Source of the DNA: an uncultured Clostridia bacterium | GTDB taxonomy: Bacteria; Bacillota; Clostridia; TANB77; CAG-508 | DNA length: 64,000 nucleotides | Assembly (NCBI GenBank): GCA_934140005.1 | Contig: CAKPBB010000007.1 | Location: 1,982 to 65,981, forward strand | Direction: 5' to 3' | In this document: piece after piece, positions 40,079 through 49,240 of the stretch | Layout: each line of letters starts with the position of its first letter | Position numbering within the stretch: the stretch's first letter is position 1 | Translations under genes and position numbers: made by a program | Notes under the pieces: model-generated | Told to the model about the DNA's origin: nothing | Database searches by the model: none | What the model saw: only the letters and a program-made list of their open reading frames with translations

Positions 40079-41359
40079 TTAAAAATTGATTATTTCTATT
40101 CTGTCTTTGTAGACAACTCCTGCTATCTTTTCTCCTAATACTAAACTTTTTACCTCTTTTTCAGAAGTGTATCTTTTTATTAGCCAACCATTTGATTGTA
40201 CTATTTGAATTTCATTTCCATAATTTATACCTATATTGTTTCCATAGCACATAACACTTTTAGGCATACTATTATTCAAAATAAACAAACTTTCATTTTT
40301 GTTATTGGTTGATTTTATACGCATTTGATATGCATATGAAAAATTTCCAGAAGATTGTTTCTCTACTACTGCTATATTATTTCTCAAACTTATGTCACTA
40401 AAAATTACATCATTATTAAATTCACAATCAGTTTCATTTCCAGATTCAGAAACTTTTTCAATATAAGTATTAAACATACATACTGCATAATTTTTGTTAG
40501 AATAATCAATGTTTATTACAATTTCATCAGTTTTTGATTCATATGTATTGACAATTGCATTAACTGGATCTGATATTGCTTTTTGCATTGAAAAAATCTT
40601 TATATTTGATTTTACAATTGTTCCAGAATAATCTACATCACCAATAGCTAAATATTGATTGTCCGCAGAAATATCAGCACATATAGCATATGCAGATGAT
40701 AAATTATATCTAAATATTTCTTTTCCAGTTGGACTAAATACAATTATTACTGATTTATATGTTGTATTTTTTACAATAACACTTGTATATCCGTTTTTAT
40801 TAACACTTACCCTTGATATTTCGCCTTCAACTGTACTTTGCCAAACTGTATTTAAACCAGAAATCAAATATAATTTAGTTCCTGTTTTTTCTCCTATAAA
40901 TAAATAATTTCCTTCTGAATCGAAAATCGCAGATGAAATATTTACTTCTAAGTTGGTAACTTGCTTACCACTACTATTGTACATTTTTAGCTTACTTTTT
41001 GATAAAACAGCTATGTATTTACTAAAAGCATAAATATTTGGATTATTTTCAGAATCTATATCTATTTTTTTCAAAGTGTCACTACTAATTTCTTTTTTAA
41101 TTACTTTGGTATCAACAAAAGTTCTAAAAGATTCATCTGTAACATATCTTGCTGAAATAATTGAAATAACTATTATAATCAAAATAACTATACAAGATTT
41201 TCCAAATGATGGTAATTTTCTTCTTCCTGAGGGCTCTTTTGACTCTTCCTCATCTTCAAAATCTTCATACTCTTTATTTGAAAATTCTTTTTTTATTTTT
41301 GCATATTGTCTATTCTCTTTCCTTTTGTTCTTTCCTTTTACTTCTTGATTTTTTTTCAT
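40079..41359 (-). CDS. Membrane-anchored hypothetical protein, probably a beta-rich or propeller-like ectodomain
   Basis: Charged N-terminus, one TM (CIVILIIIVISIISA), then a repetitive beta-strand-like sequence. No motif recognised. Confidence 0.5.
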   Translation of the reverse strand: MKKNQEVKGKNKRKENRQYAKIKKEFSNKEYEDFEDEEESKEPSGRRKLPSFGKSCIVILIIIVISIISARYVTDESFRTFVDTKVIKKEISSDTLKKIDIDSENNPNIYAFSKYIAVLSKSKLKMYNSSGKQVTNLEVNISSAIFDSEGNYLFIGEKTGTKLYLISGLNTVWQSTVEGEISRVSVNKNGYTSVIVKNTTYKSVIIVFSPTGKEIFRYNLSSAYAICADISADNQYLAIGDVDYSGTIVKSNIKIFSMQKAISDPVNAIVNTYESKTDEIVINIDYSNKNYAVCMFNTYIEKVSESGNETDCEFNNDVIFSDISLRNNIAVVEKQSSGNFSYAYQMRIKSTNNKNESLFILNNSMPKSVMCYGNNIGINYGNEIQIVQSNGWLIKRYTSEKEVKSLVLGEKIAGVVYKDRIEIINF

Positions 41360-41449
41360 TTATTCAAATCACCTATTGATTTAATTTTACTATTTTACTA
41401 TACCAATAAAACGATATTTTTGCAATAGCAATTTGATTTGATACAAAAT

Positions 41450-41517
41450 TTGTGTTGCTGGAAAGCTTGTGTTGTTAGAAATTTTGTGTCACTAGAAAGC
41501 TTGTGTTGCTGGAAAGT
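41450..41517. repeat. Four tandem 17-bp direct repeats (TTGTGTTGCTGGAAAGC-like)
   Basis: Units: 41450-41466 TTGTGTTGCTGGAAAGC; 41467-41483 TTGTGTTGTTAGAAATT; 41484-41500 TTGTGTCACTAGAAAGC; 41501-41517 TTGTGTTGCTGGAAAGT. Confidence 0.85.
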
Positions 41518-41585
41518 TTCAAACTCAATTGATATTTTTATTTAATTTTTCAAAAGAATAAGTTATACTAAAATAAAGTTTATAT

Positions 41586-41613
41586 GAGCTATCAACTATT
41601 AAGTTGATAGCTC
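41586..41613. promoter_or_regulatory. Perfect 28-bp palindrome (12-bp arms, 4-nt centre) just upstream of the pyrophosphatase-VOC gene
   Basis: GAGCTATCAACT-atta-AGTTGATAGCTC, ending 23 nt before ATG 41637. No downstream T run, so it looks more like an operator than a terminator. Confidence 0.6.
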
Positions 41614-41636
41614 TAAGATTGAAAGGATTATTAGAT

Positions 41637-42395
41637 ATGGATAATAAAAAATATTTGAATAAAATTTTAAACGTTAAAATAGATAGACCTATGGGAAGCA
41701 AACATCCGAAACATGACTTTATATACCCTATTAATTATGGTTTTATCCCAAATACTATAAGTGGTGATAATGAAGAAATTGATGCATATGTTTTAGGAAT
41801 ATATGAACCACTAGATAGTTTTGTAGGAAAATGTATCGCAATTATTCACAGAACAAATGACAATGACGACAAGTTAATTATTGCACCAGAAAATAAGAGT
41901 TTTTCAGATTCAGAAATTCAAGCTCTAACAGATTTTCAAGAACGATATTTTGATAGTATTATTATTAGAGATGACAATTATATTGACTGGAATCCTATTA
42001 TTCCTGAATTGTCAGTATCTAATTTAGAAAAAAGTTTAGAGTTTTACAAAGTAGCTGATTTTACAGTAAAATACGAAAGACCTGAAAACAAATTTGCTTT
42101 TATAAGCCTTAATAAAATTCAATTTATGCTTCAAGAAATTACTGATCATGAAAAATGGGATATTGCAACACTAGTATATCCTTTTGGTAATGGAATTAAT
42201 TTTCAGCTAGAAGTGGAAAATATCGAGAAAATCTACAACAATTTTGTTGTAAATAACTACAAAATAGCATTCGATATTGAAGAAAATTGGTACAGACAAA
42301 ATGATGAATTACTAGGAAATAAAGAATTTTTAATTCAAGATCCCGATGGATATTTATTGAGGTTTTCTGAAGATCTAGGAAAGAAAAAGGAGTGA
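41637..42395 (+). CDS. Fusion protein: inorganic-pyrophosphatase-like N-domain plus glyoxalase/bleomycin-resistance (VOC) C-domain
   Basis: N: VKIDRPMGSKHPKHDFIYPINYGFIP...GDNEEIDAYVLG...DDKLI. C: IPELSVSNLEKSLEFYK...FISLNKIQFMLQE...LIQDPDGYLLRF. The start was moved to ATG 41637. Confidence 0.65.
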   Translation: MDNKKYLNKILNVKIDRPMGSKHPKHDFIYPINYGFIPNTISGDNEEIDAYVLGIYEPLDSFVGKCIAIIHRTNDNDDKLIIAPENKSFSDSEIQALTDFQERYFDSIIIRDDNYIDWNPIIPELSVSNLEKSLEFYKVADFTVKYERPENKFAFISLNKIQFMLQEITDHEKWDIATLVYPFGNGINFQLEVENIEKIYNNFVVNNYKIAFDIEENWYRQNDELLGNKEFLIQDPDGYLLRFSEDLGKKKE

Positions 42396-42553
42396 AAAAA
42401 GAGGATTGGAATTATGACCTTCGAGTTATGAGGCGTAGTTGAAAGGTTTGTGTAATTTAGTGGAATCAAGGGTTTTAGCTGATATTTCAACAAAAATTGG
42501 GGAAATGATTTTTCGAACATTTGTGTATTTTTTAGAACTTTTTTGAGAAGTTT

Positions 42554-42572
42554 TTCCCCAACTTTTCCCCAA
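42554..42572 (+). repeat. Left copy of the 19-bp direct repeat (putative attL core)
   Basis: Identical to 63737-63755. The flanks TTTTTTGAGAAG / ..ACACATA are also similar to the right copy. Confidence 0.6.
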
Positions 42573-42638
42573 GAATTTTACACATATGTTCGCAAAAAAA
42601 ATGGGAAACCAAAAAATTTATTTTGGAGGTTTTATATT

Positions 42639-42995
42639 ATGGAAAAAATTACTTATCACAAAGAAGGAGATTATTTAATACCTGATTTAAGTGTAAAAGG
42701 GACTAATTCTGATTATCATATTGGTTTATATGGTAGATTAAGATTAGAATATTTAAAGAAAAATAAACTTGGTTTATATACTGATTTAATATTAAATGGT
42801 ACACTACCAGACCTCCTAATTGAGATTGATAAAACTGCAAATGAAAGAATAAAAAAGATTATTAATGAACTTGCTAAAAAAGAAAATATTGATGAGAACT
42901 TAAAGCAAAATAATCAATTAGAGTGGGTTAGATGTATGAATAATATTAAAAATAAAGCTGAAGAAATTGTACTTAATGAGTTAATTTATTGTTAA
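42639..42995 (+). CDS. tnpV: TnpV-like transposon-encoded protein
   Basis: MEKITYHKEGDYLIPDL...YGRLRLEYLKKNK.GLYTDLILNGTL...QLEWVRCMNNIKNKAEEIVLNELIY matches the TnpV pattern as I recall it. ATG 42639 is preceded by GGAGG. Confidence 0.7.
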   Translation: MEKITYHKEGDYLIPDLSVKGTNSDYHIGLYGRLRLEYLKKNKLGLYTDLILNGTLPDLLIEIDKTANERIKKIINELAKKENIDENLKQNNQLEWVRCMNNIKNKAEEIVLNELIYC

Positions 42996-43019
42996 ATAAA
43001 ATCTGTAAAAAGTGGATTT

Positions 43020-43108
43020 CTTGTCCTAGCTAGCAAGCACTGAATTTGTTCACACGAATTTTTCGTATTTTCAAATTCTATGTAATGGGACAAGTCCCAA
43101 TCCCTTTC
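43020..43108 (+). repeat. Structured ~90-bp element, copy B; homologous in inverted orientation to 57262-57330
   Basis: Shared blocks are TTGTCCTA, CAAGCA.TGAATTT, AAATTC and AATGG.A..A..CCCAATCCC.TTT. It has an internal hairpin GAATTTG...CAAATTC (43043-43078) and an outer pairing CTTGTCC/GGACAAG. Confidence 0.6.
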
Positions 43109-43139
43109 ATAAAAAATTTAGTTAAGGAGAATAATTATT

Positions 43140-43433
43140 ATGAATTTTAGAGAAGTAAGTGAAGATGATATATTAAAAGAATGGTTAGAATATAGAGAGG
43201 AGACTGCATTTTGTACTTTATCGCCTCAAGATAAAAAGTATTGTATTAATTTTGATGAGATATCTGAAAATATATTAAAGAATGTGCCAAATCAAAATAA
43301 AAAATATGTTCAAAAGCAATTGGATATTCTTGATAAAAATTTTATGGACTATCTTTGCTATTGGAATGAGAAGTATTATAGGAATGGGTTTTGTGATGGT
43401 GTGCAGATGATTATGGGATGTATTGAAGAATAG
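43140..43433 (+). CDS. Small hypothetical protein (97 aa)
   Basis: AAGGAG RBS and a clean terminator. No motif recognised. Confidence 0.55.
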   Translation: MNFREVSEDDILKEWLEYREETAFCTLSPQDKKYCINFDEISENILKNVPNQNKKYVQKQLDILDKNFMDYLCYWNEKYYRNGFCDGVQMIMGCIEE

Positions 43434-43455
43434 AAAAAGCCCATTTGGGCTTTTC
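43434..43455. terminator. Bidirectional terminator between convergent genes
   Basis: AAAAGCCC-attt-GGGCTTTT. Confidence 0.75.
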
Positions 43456-43471
43456 TATATATTTTAAAATT

Positions 43472-46400
43472 TTAATGAATACGAAATTCATCAAGTATTA
43501 CTCCTGCCTTTTCATAATTAAATTCTATTAATATCTTTAAAATATTTTCATAGGCATCAATTAAGTCAAAATCCATTTTTATATCATCACTAAAATTCAT
43601 AAATGCTCTAGTAATAATTCTATCTATAATTATTTTTGTATCACCTTCAAACTCTACTTCAAAGTCTTTCTTATTAAATTTCAAAATTTCTTCCACAGAT
43701 ATTAATATTTCTGGTAATAATTCATCAATTTTTAATAAGTAAATCGTTCTCATTGAATTTTTTATATCGTATTTTCCATATTTACACAACTGTTCGTTTA
43801 AAAATTTTTTATCTTTATACTCGTATTCAGTTTTAATTTCAGATGGATTCCATTTTTCATATTTTCGTGGAGATAAATATAAGCATTTACATAATTTTTG
43901 TTTTACATTTTCGCATTTTATCCTTTCAATTTTTGATTCGATATATTTTATTTTTCTTTCAATTATCGTTCTCATGTTTTTATCTTTATACGAATCAAAA
44001 TATAAAGCAATAAAACAATTTAAAATCTCTAGATAAAATTCAATAGCTTCTTTTTTAAATTCTGAAAAATCACAGTCATCAAACAATAAATCAATTATTT
44101 TTTCATAACCTTTATCAATATAATCTAACTCTCTTTCAAATAATCTAATGATTTCATATTCTTGATACACATCTAAAATATTATTTTTATATTCATTAGA
44201 ATCATCGTTTTTCATCGATATTATGAGTTTTATTATCTCTTTTATTATTTTACAAAATAAATTGTCATCAAAATTTTTTCCACAATTTGCAATATGGCAT
44301 AAATTCTTTAAATCATAATCGTTAATATTAAATTCAGCTATATTTAACTCTTCCATTGAATAAAGATATTTTTCTATTATGTAATTTCTACGACTTATAT
44401 ATTTCTTTCCTTTTTCTTGGTTGATCTGTCTATCCACGCCCTTTAATCTAGGAATTTTATTTGGAACAAATTTAAAGTCATTATCTTTGTGTTTTATATA
44501 CAAAGCATTAAACTTTTGATGCTTCATTTCATCTTTAGATAACTCTATAATTGTATTAAATAATACGCTCGATAATTTTTTATCTTTTTGCAAATATTTT
44601 ATTATTTCTTTTTGTATAGAATTAATAATCCCATCATCGCCATTTGTATTAATAATATCTAAAACAATCAATTTAATTTTGTTTTTAGTTTCTATAGAAA
44701 TATCCGAATGTAATTGTTCAATTAATTTTGGAACTAAGGTTGGTTCAAATTGAAAGCTATTATTTTTAAATATTTGTTCTATTCCTTCAATCCAATAACT
44801 ACAATACTCATCTTTCTTTTCTATAGATACATTATCTTTTTGTAGTATTACTGATATCATTCCTATTATTATTTTTTCAAGTCCGATTGCTTGAATATCA
44901 TTATTATTTTTTATAGTTATAAACTCGTCAATAAGGTTTACTAATAATTGAGAGCAATCTTTTTCTTCTTTTAAATCTACACTACATTGATTTAATTTTA
45001 ATATTAAATCATCACTTATTAATTTGTTTTCTTCATGTATTTCTACTACTTTTTTTGCTTCTCCTGTCACATTAGCCTCAATACTAATTATATTGTTATC
45101 TAACTGTGTTACTTTTGCATTTCTAAAATCCATTTTCTGAATTTGGAGATATTTAGAAGCGTTTTCTTCATCATTATTAACAACAGAATATAAATAATCT
45201 AATATATTATAGCATTTTTCTATTATTTCTGAATCTGCATTTATTTGTATGTTTTGCGCATATTGTTGTATACTAATATTACATTTCGAATCTCTTGAGT
45301 ACCTATTTTTTATACCTGGAATCCCTACTTTTTGAAATATTTGTTTTTTTAGCATTTCTAATTGAGGATTTGATAAATATCTTGAATATCTGAATATATC
45401 CCATTCTACAATATCTATACTTGATATTAAATCAAGTGCATAACCTGGAAATTCCTTTTGATAATGCATTCCTATATTTTCTATCACAGTCAGTAGTATA
45501 ATATTATTAGATTCTTTATATATTTTGGTTCTTATGTATTCTAAAAATTTAAATATATCTTTATTGTATATGTTTTTATCTATGTAATTAATCATTGCTT
45601 CTTTAATATTATAAACAATATCACTTAATAAATTATGAATATGATGATCTTCTGTACATCCCATCCACATATTAGGATTTCCATAATATTCTCTTTGTAT
45701 ATTATTCTCATCTATAAAAATCAAGTTTATTTTCATAATATTTTCTGGATAATTTTGAGCATATTTTTCTACACATTCATTTACAAATTCTATTGCCCAA
45801 TCTAATCCTTTCCAAAAGTTATTTCTAAATATATTCCAAAGAAAAATATTATTTTTTACATTAGGATATAAGTGATCATAATCATCTCTTAATCCATATG
45901 GATTATCTTCTATATCATAAAATCTATCATTTTCATTTTCTTTTTTCCATATCATGCTTGCCATATTACATAATTTTTCTGGAAGATTTATAGTAAGTTT
46001 AGGCCATGAGTTTTTAATTATAAATTCAGCTATTTTTTTAGCCATTCTTTTTTTACTTGTATCAGCTCCATTATAGCATTCTATAATTTTGTCAAAAAAG
46101 GTATTTAGCCATTCTTTACAATAATTTGAAAGCTTAAAAGTTACAATTAAACATTTATTAATTTCATCTAAAAAATTAAAAGAAATTTTTTCAAAAGATT
46201 CATCTATATAGTATTGCATAATTATACATATTTTTTTTAATATTTCATCTTTCTGTTTTCTTTGATTAGTATAATCTAAACATAATTTTACTATTTTATT
46301 TTTATCTATTAAATTTTTACAATAAATATTATTTTTTTCAATAATATTTATTACATTATCTCTTCCAACTCCAGTTGGAATAAGTTGAACATCACAAAAA

Positions 46401-48190
46401 TCCTCATAATTTATAATTTTAGTATCATATGAATATAAATTAATTATATCAATAAATTCTAGTAATAAACCTTTCTCTAAAATTTCTATCTCATTCTCTT
46501 CAAAAAAAGAATTACTATAATTAGACTTTACAATTCCTATTTCTGTCTGCTTTTTCCATTCTTCTGATATTTCATTATCAAATATTAAATTATATATAAA
46601 TTTATACCTATTTTCTTTAGCTAATAATTTATTTGATATCCATATTTGATACCTTCTATATACACATCTTCCTATCTTCTCAATATTTTTATAAAATACC
46701 TGATATTTACCTTTACAATCACAATATGTATTATCAAAAAAATTTTCAAAACAAATATCTTCGTAAATATCGTATTTTAATCTAATTCCCTCATTATTAT
46801 AAGTAATAATTCCTTCAGTTTCTAAAACATTTAAAATGCTTGAATCAATATCAGTTTCTTTTGTTCCTAATGTAAATTTCTGTGCTCTATCAAAAACAAT
46901 TTTATTTACCGCATCTTCAATATCTTTTACGTTGATTTTATATTTATTTTTATTATTCTTTAAACAAATTATATTATTCCATATATACTCTCTAAATTTA
47001 TTAATATCCGTTATATTATCAATATCTACACTATTTTTTATCATTATGTTTATATAAAATGGTGTTTTTAATAAACTTTCATATATTTTATCTTGAGACA
47101 TTTTATTAATTAATGGATACTGTTTTTCTAAATCTTTTAATTCATCTTCACTAATTTCATTAACATTGTAATCAATTATATTGTATTTTGATTCTATCTT
47201 TAAAAAAGCATTTTTATCGCTTGTCCTACATGATGTTATTATATAAACATTTTCATATTGATTAGTTATATTATATAACGATTCCAATAAATCCAACTTC
47301 GTTTTAGGAGCATCTGCTATAAACTCTAAAGCATCTATAAAAAATACAATCTTTTTACCATTAAGTAATTCCAAAATATTTTTAATATCCAAATTCCAAA
47401 TATTATCTATATGGCTTTCTTCAATAAATCTTTCTGCACGTGCAAATAGTATAATATCCTCTTTTTCAATAAGCTTTTTGCATATTACTGTTTTTCCAAC
47501 ACCTTCTGTACCTTGTATTGACAAAAATTTAGCATTTTCTCTTTTAATCTTTTCTATTAATTCTGTTCTATCAATTTCATACTCATCATTAATTTTAACA
47601 TCTATATTACTAATTCCAACATTTTTGCTATCATTTACTGCTTTTTCAAACTTGTTCGAATATTCATTAAAATTTTCAAATTCCGTTTTTAGTAAATTAT
47701 ATAATTTCTCTTGAAATATTAAATCATTTTGTGCCTTTTGTATAATATCTTGTGTCGTAATTAAATTATCTTCTTTTGTAAATGATATATTTCCAATTTG
47801 TTTTTTACCTGTATAATCATTAACATTTTTTATGCTATCATTATGTAAAACAAAAAAATATACACTATTAATTTTTGTAAATCGATTCTTTTTATCATCT
47901 CTTATGTTTTCTAAAGTGTTTTTAATTTTTTGATGCACATCAATTACTGTACTTACTTGAACTAATATTTCTTCATTTTCTGAAATTAAATCGAAATATG
48001 GAAAATTACAGGTATCATTATTTAAATTATGAAAATCAATCCCATAGTATAATTTACAAATCTCTTCAGCAAATAATTCAAACATTTTTGCCGAATCGAA
48101 TAAACCATTCTTATTTGCCATTTCTATTTTTTGTTGATATGCAGATATATAATCTATAATAAATTTCATTCTATCAGCAGAATACATCAT
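43472..48190 (-). CDS. 1572-aa STAND/NACHT-like P-loop NTPase with a ~190-aa N-terminal domain (SMEK-like?) and a ~1100-aa helical C-terminal region
   Basis: Walker A SIQGTEGVGKT, Walker B KKIVFFIDALEF, sensor-like IITSCRT, and NACHT-style LLKTPFYINIM. The N-terminus, ...FAEEICKLYYGIDFHNLNNDTCNFPYFDLISENEEILVQVSTV..., resembles the SMEK-type N-terminal domain as I recall it. RBS AAAGGAGAA. Confidence 0.7.
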   Translation of the reverse strand: MMYSADRMKFIIDYISAYQQKIEMANKNGLFDSAKMFELFAEEICKLYYGIDFHNLNNDTCNFPYFDLISENEEILVQVSTVIDVHQKIKNTLENIRDDKKNRFTKINSVYFFVLHNDSIKNVNDYTGKKQIGNISFTKEDNLITTQDIIQKAQNDLIFQEKLYNLLKTEFENFNEYSNKFEKAVNDSKNVGISNIDVKINDEYEIDRTELIEKIKRENAKFLSIQGTEGVGKTVICKKLIEKEDIILFARAERFIEESHIDNIWNLDIKNILELLNGKKIVFFIDALEFIADAPKTKLDLLESLYNITNQYENVYIITSCRTSDKNAFLKIESKYNIIDYNVNEISEDELKDLEKQYPLINKMSQDKIYESLLKTPFYINIMIKNSVDIDNITDINKFREYIWNNIICLKNNKNKYKINVKDIEDAVNKIVFDRAQKFTLGTKETDIDSSILNVLETEGIITYNNEGIRLKYDIYEDICFENFFDNTYCDCKGKYQVFYKNIEKIGRCVYRRYQIWISNKLLAKENRYKFIYNLIFDNEISEEWKKQTEIGIVKSNYSNSFFEENEIEILEKGLLLEFIDIINLYSYDTKIINYEDFCDVQLIPTGVGRDNVINIIEKNNIYCKNLIDKNKIVKLCLDYTNQRKQKDEILKKICIIMQYYIDESFEKISFNFLDEINKCLIVTFKLSNYCKEWLNTFFDKIIECYNGADTSKKRMAKKIAEFIIKNSWPKLTINLPEKLCNMASMIWKKENENDRFYDIEDNPYGLRDDYDHLYPNVKNNIFLWNIFRNNFWKGLDWAIEFVNECVEKYAQNYPENIMKINLIFIDENNIQREYYGNPNMWMGCTEDHHIHNLLSDIVYNIKEAMINYIDKNIYNKDIFKFLEYIRTKIYKESNNIILLTVIENIGMHYQKEFPGYALDLISSIDIVEWDIFRYSRYLSNPQLEMLKKQIFQKVGIPGIKNRYSRDSKCNISIQQYAQNIQINADSEIIEKCYNILDYLYSVVNNDEENASKYLQIQKMDFRNAKVTQLDNNIISIEANVTGEAKKVVEIHEENKLISDDLILKLNQCSVDLKEEKDCSQLLVNLIDEFITIKNNNDIQAIGLEKIIIGMISVILQKDNVSIEKKDEYCSYWIEGIEQIFKNNSFQFEPTLVPKLIEQLHSDISIETKNKIKLIVLDIINTNGDDGIINSIQKEIIKYLQKDKKLSSVLFNTIIELSKDEMKHQKFNALYIKHKDNDFKFVPNKIPRLKGVDRQINQEKGKKYISRRNYIIEKYLYSMEELNIAEFNINDYDLKNLCHIANCGKNFDDNLFCKIIKEIIKLIISMKNDDSNEYKNNILDVYQEYEIIRLFERELDYIDKGYEKIIDLLFDDCDFSEFKKEAIEFYLEILNCFIALYFDSYKDKNMRTIIERKIKYIESKIERIKCENVKQKLCKCLYLSPRKYEKWNPSEIKTEYEYKDKKFLNEQLCKYGKYDIKNSMRTIYLLKIDELLPEILISVEEILKFNKKDFEVEFEGDTKIIIDRIITRAFMNFSDDIKMDFDLIDAYENILKILIEFNYEKAGVILDEFRIH

Positions 48191-48194
48191 TTCT

Positions 48195-49181
48195 TTATTC
48201 TCCTTTTTTATCTTTTATATTGTCAATCAATTTTTTGTACTCAATATACTTTTCTTTCATATATAATCCTAATCCTATTTCAATTTGATTATTCTTTATT
48301 TCTAATTCTGTACTTCCAGCATAAGTATATGTATTTCCATAATCTTCAATCTTATCAAAGTCTATATTGTTCATGTAATAATTTTTAAAATCTTCAAATT
48401 CATCTTCTGATTCAAATTCTATTATTATATCATTAAGATTTCTCATTGCATTTTTTTCTTCTGAATCATCATAACCTTTTGGATAATTATACAAAAAGTC
48501 TCTCAAAATAATTTCTTTAGAATTTTTTATATAATACTTATATTTATAAGTATTTCGATGATTATAATCTATAAATTCACTTGATGGTACTACTGTGGTT
48601 AGTCTTCCAGAATCAAGGCTGACAATTTGAGTTGAATATATACACGTGTCATTATATTTCAAATATAACATAGAAAAAGAAGTGCTTTCATTTGTCATCA
48701 GGTAACTATAGAATTCTGTATTATAATTATTTTCATTTATAATTTCTATTTTATAACTAGGATTCTCTTTATAATAGTACCCCTCTATATTTTCATCCCT
48801 TATTTCAGTCCAATTTTCTGTATCTCTTAGTGTTTCAAATATATATTCTAGTTTATTTTTTTGACTTAAAATAATTCTTTTTTTCAAATTATAACAAACA
48901 ATATTCTCAGTTTGATCTTTCCATGATTTTATTAACTGAACTGTATATTTATCTTCATCACTATCAATTAATTTAGCACAACTTTGACATAGCCAAATTC
49001 CATTATCAAAACTTTTTCTTTCCTCTTCAGACATATTTTTATTGTATCTTGGCCCTCCAGGTGCAGCAGTACATATATGAGCTGCAACACCTATATTATT
49101 AATGCTATTCTTACTATCTGGACCTATTGTTATTTTTCTACAATTAGGATTTGAACATATATATACTACTCTTTTTGCCAA
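48195..49181 (-). CDS. Zn-ribbon HNH (His-Me finger) nuclease with a ~230-aa C-terminal domain of unknown function
   Basis: CSNPNC...GVAAHICTAAPGGPRYNKNMSEEERKSFDNGIWLCQSCAKLID gives four Cys, the AHI catalytic His and a structural Asn. It has a TTG start with a weak RBS. Its stop lies 4 nt before the STAND gene start. Confidence 0.65.
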   Translation of the reverse strand: MAKRVVYICSNPNCRKITIGPDSKNSINNIGVAAHICTAAPGGPRYNKNMSEEERKSFDNGIWLCQSCAKLIDSDEDKYTVQLIKSWKDQTENIVCYNLKKRIILSQKNKLEYIFETLRDTENWTEIRDENIEGYYYKENPSYKIEIINENNYNTEFYSYLMTNESTSFSMLYLKYNDTCIYSTQIVSLDSGRLTTVVPSSEFIDYNHRNTYKYKYYIKNSKEIILRDFLYNYPKGYDDSEEKNAMRNLNDIIIEFESEDEFEDFKNYYMNNIDFDKIEDYGNTYTYAGSTELEIKNNQIEIGLGLYMKEKYIEYKKLIDNIKDKKGE

Positions 49182-49240
49182 TTTATTATCGTATCTGTAA
49201 AATTATCTCTTTTATTATTTTTCATTAATACCACATCTTA

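Noticed and set aside
41450-41517. Possible CRISPR array
   Set aside because: The four 17-bp units are contiguous with no spacers and are far shorter than CRISPR repeats. No cas genes are in the window. No CRISPR array was seen anywhere in the 64 kb.
42533-42585. Short minus-strand peptides spanning both att cores (MCKILGEKLGKNFSKKF here; MWNWGKVGEEILIKRLYF at 63708-63764), and the plus-strand SPTFPQ similarity
   Set aside because: The shared 19-mer is read in different frames in the two minus-strand ORFs. The plus-strand similarity simply reflects identical DNA. The conservation is therefore at nucleotide level, not coding.
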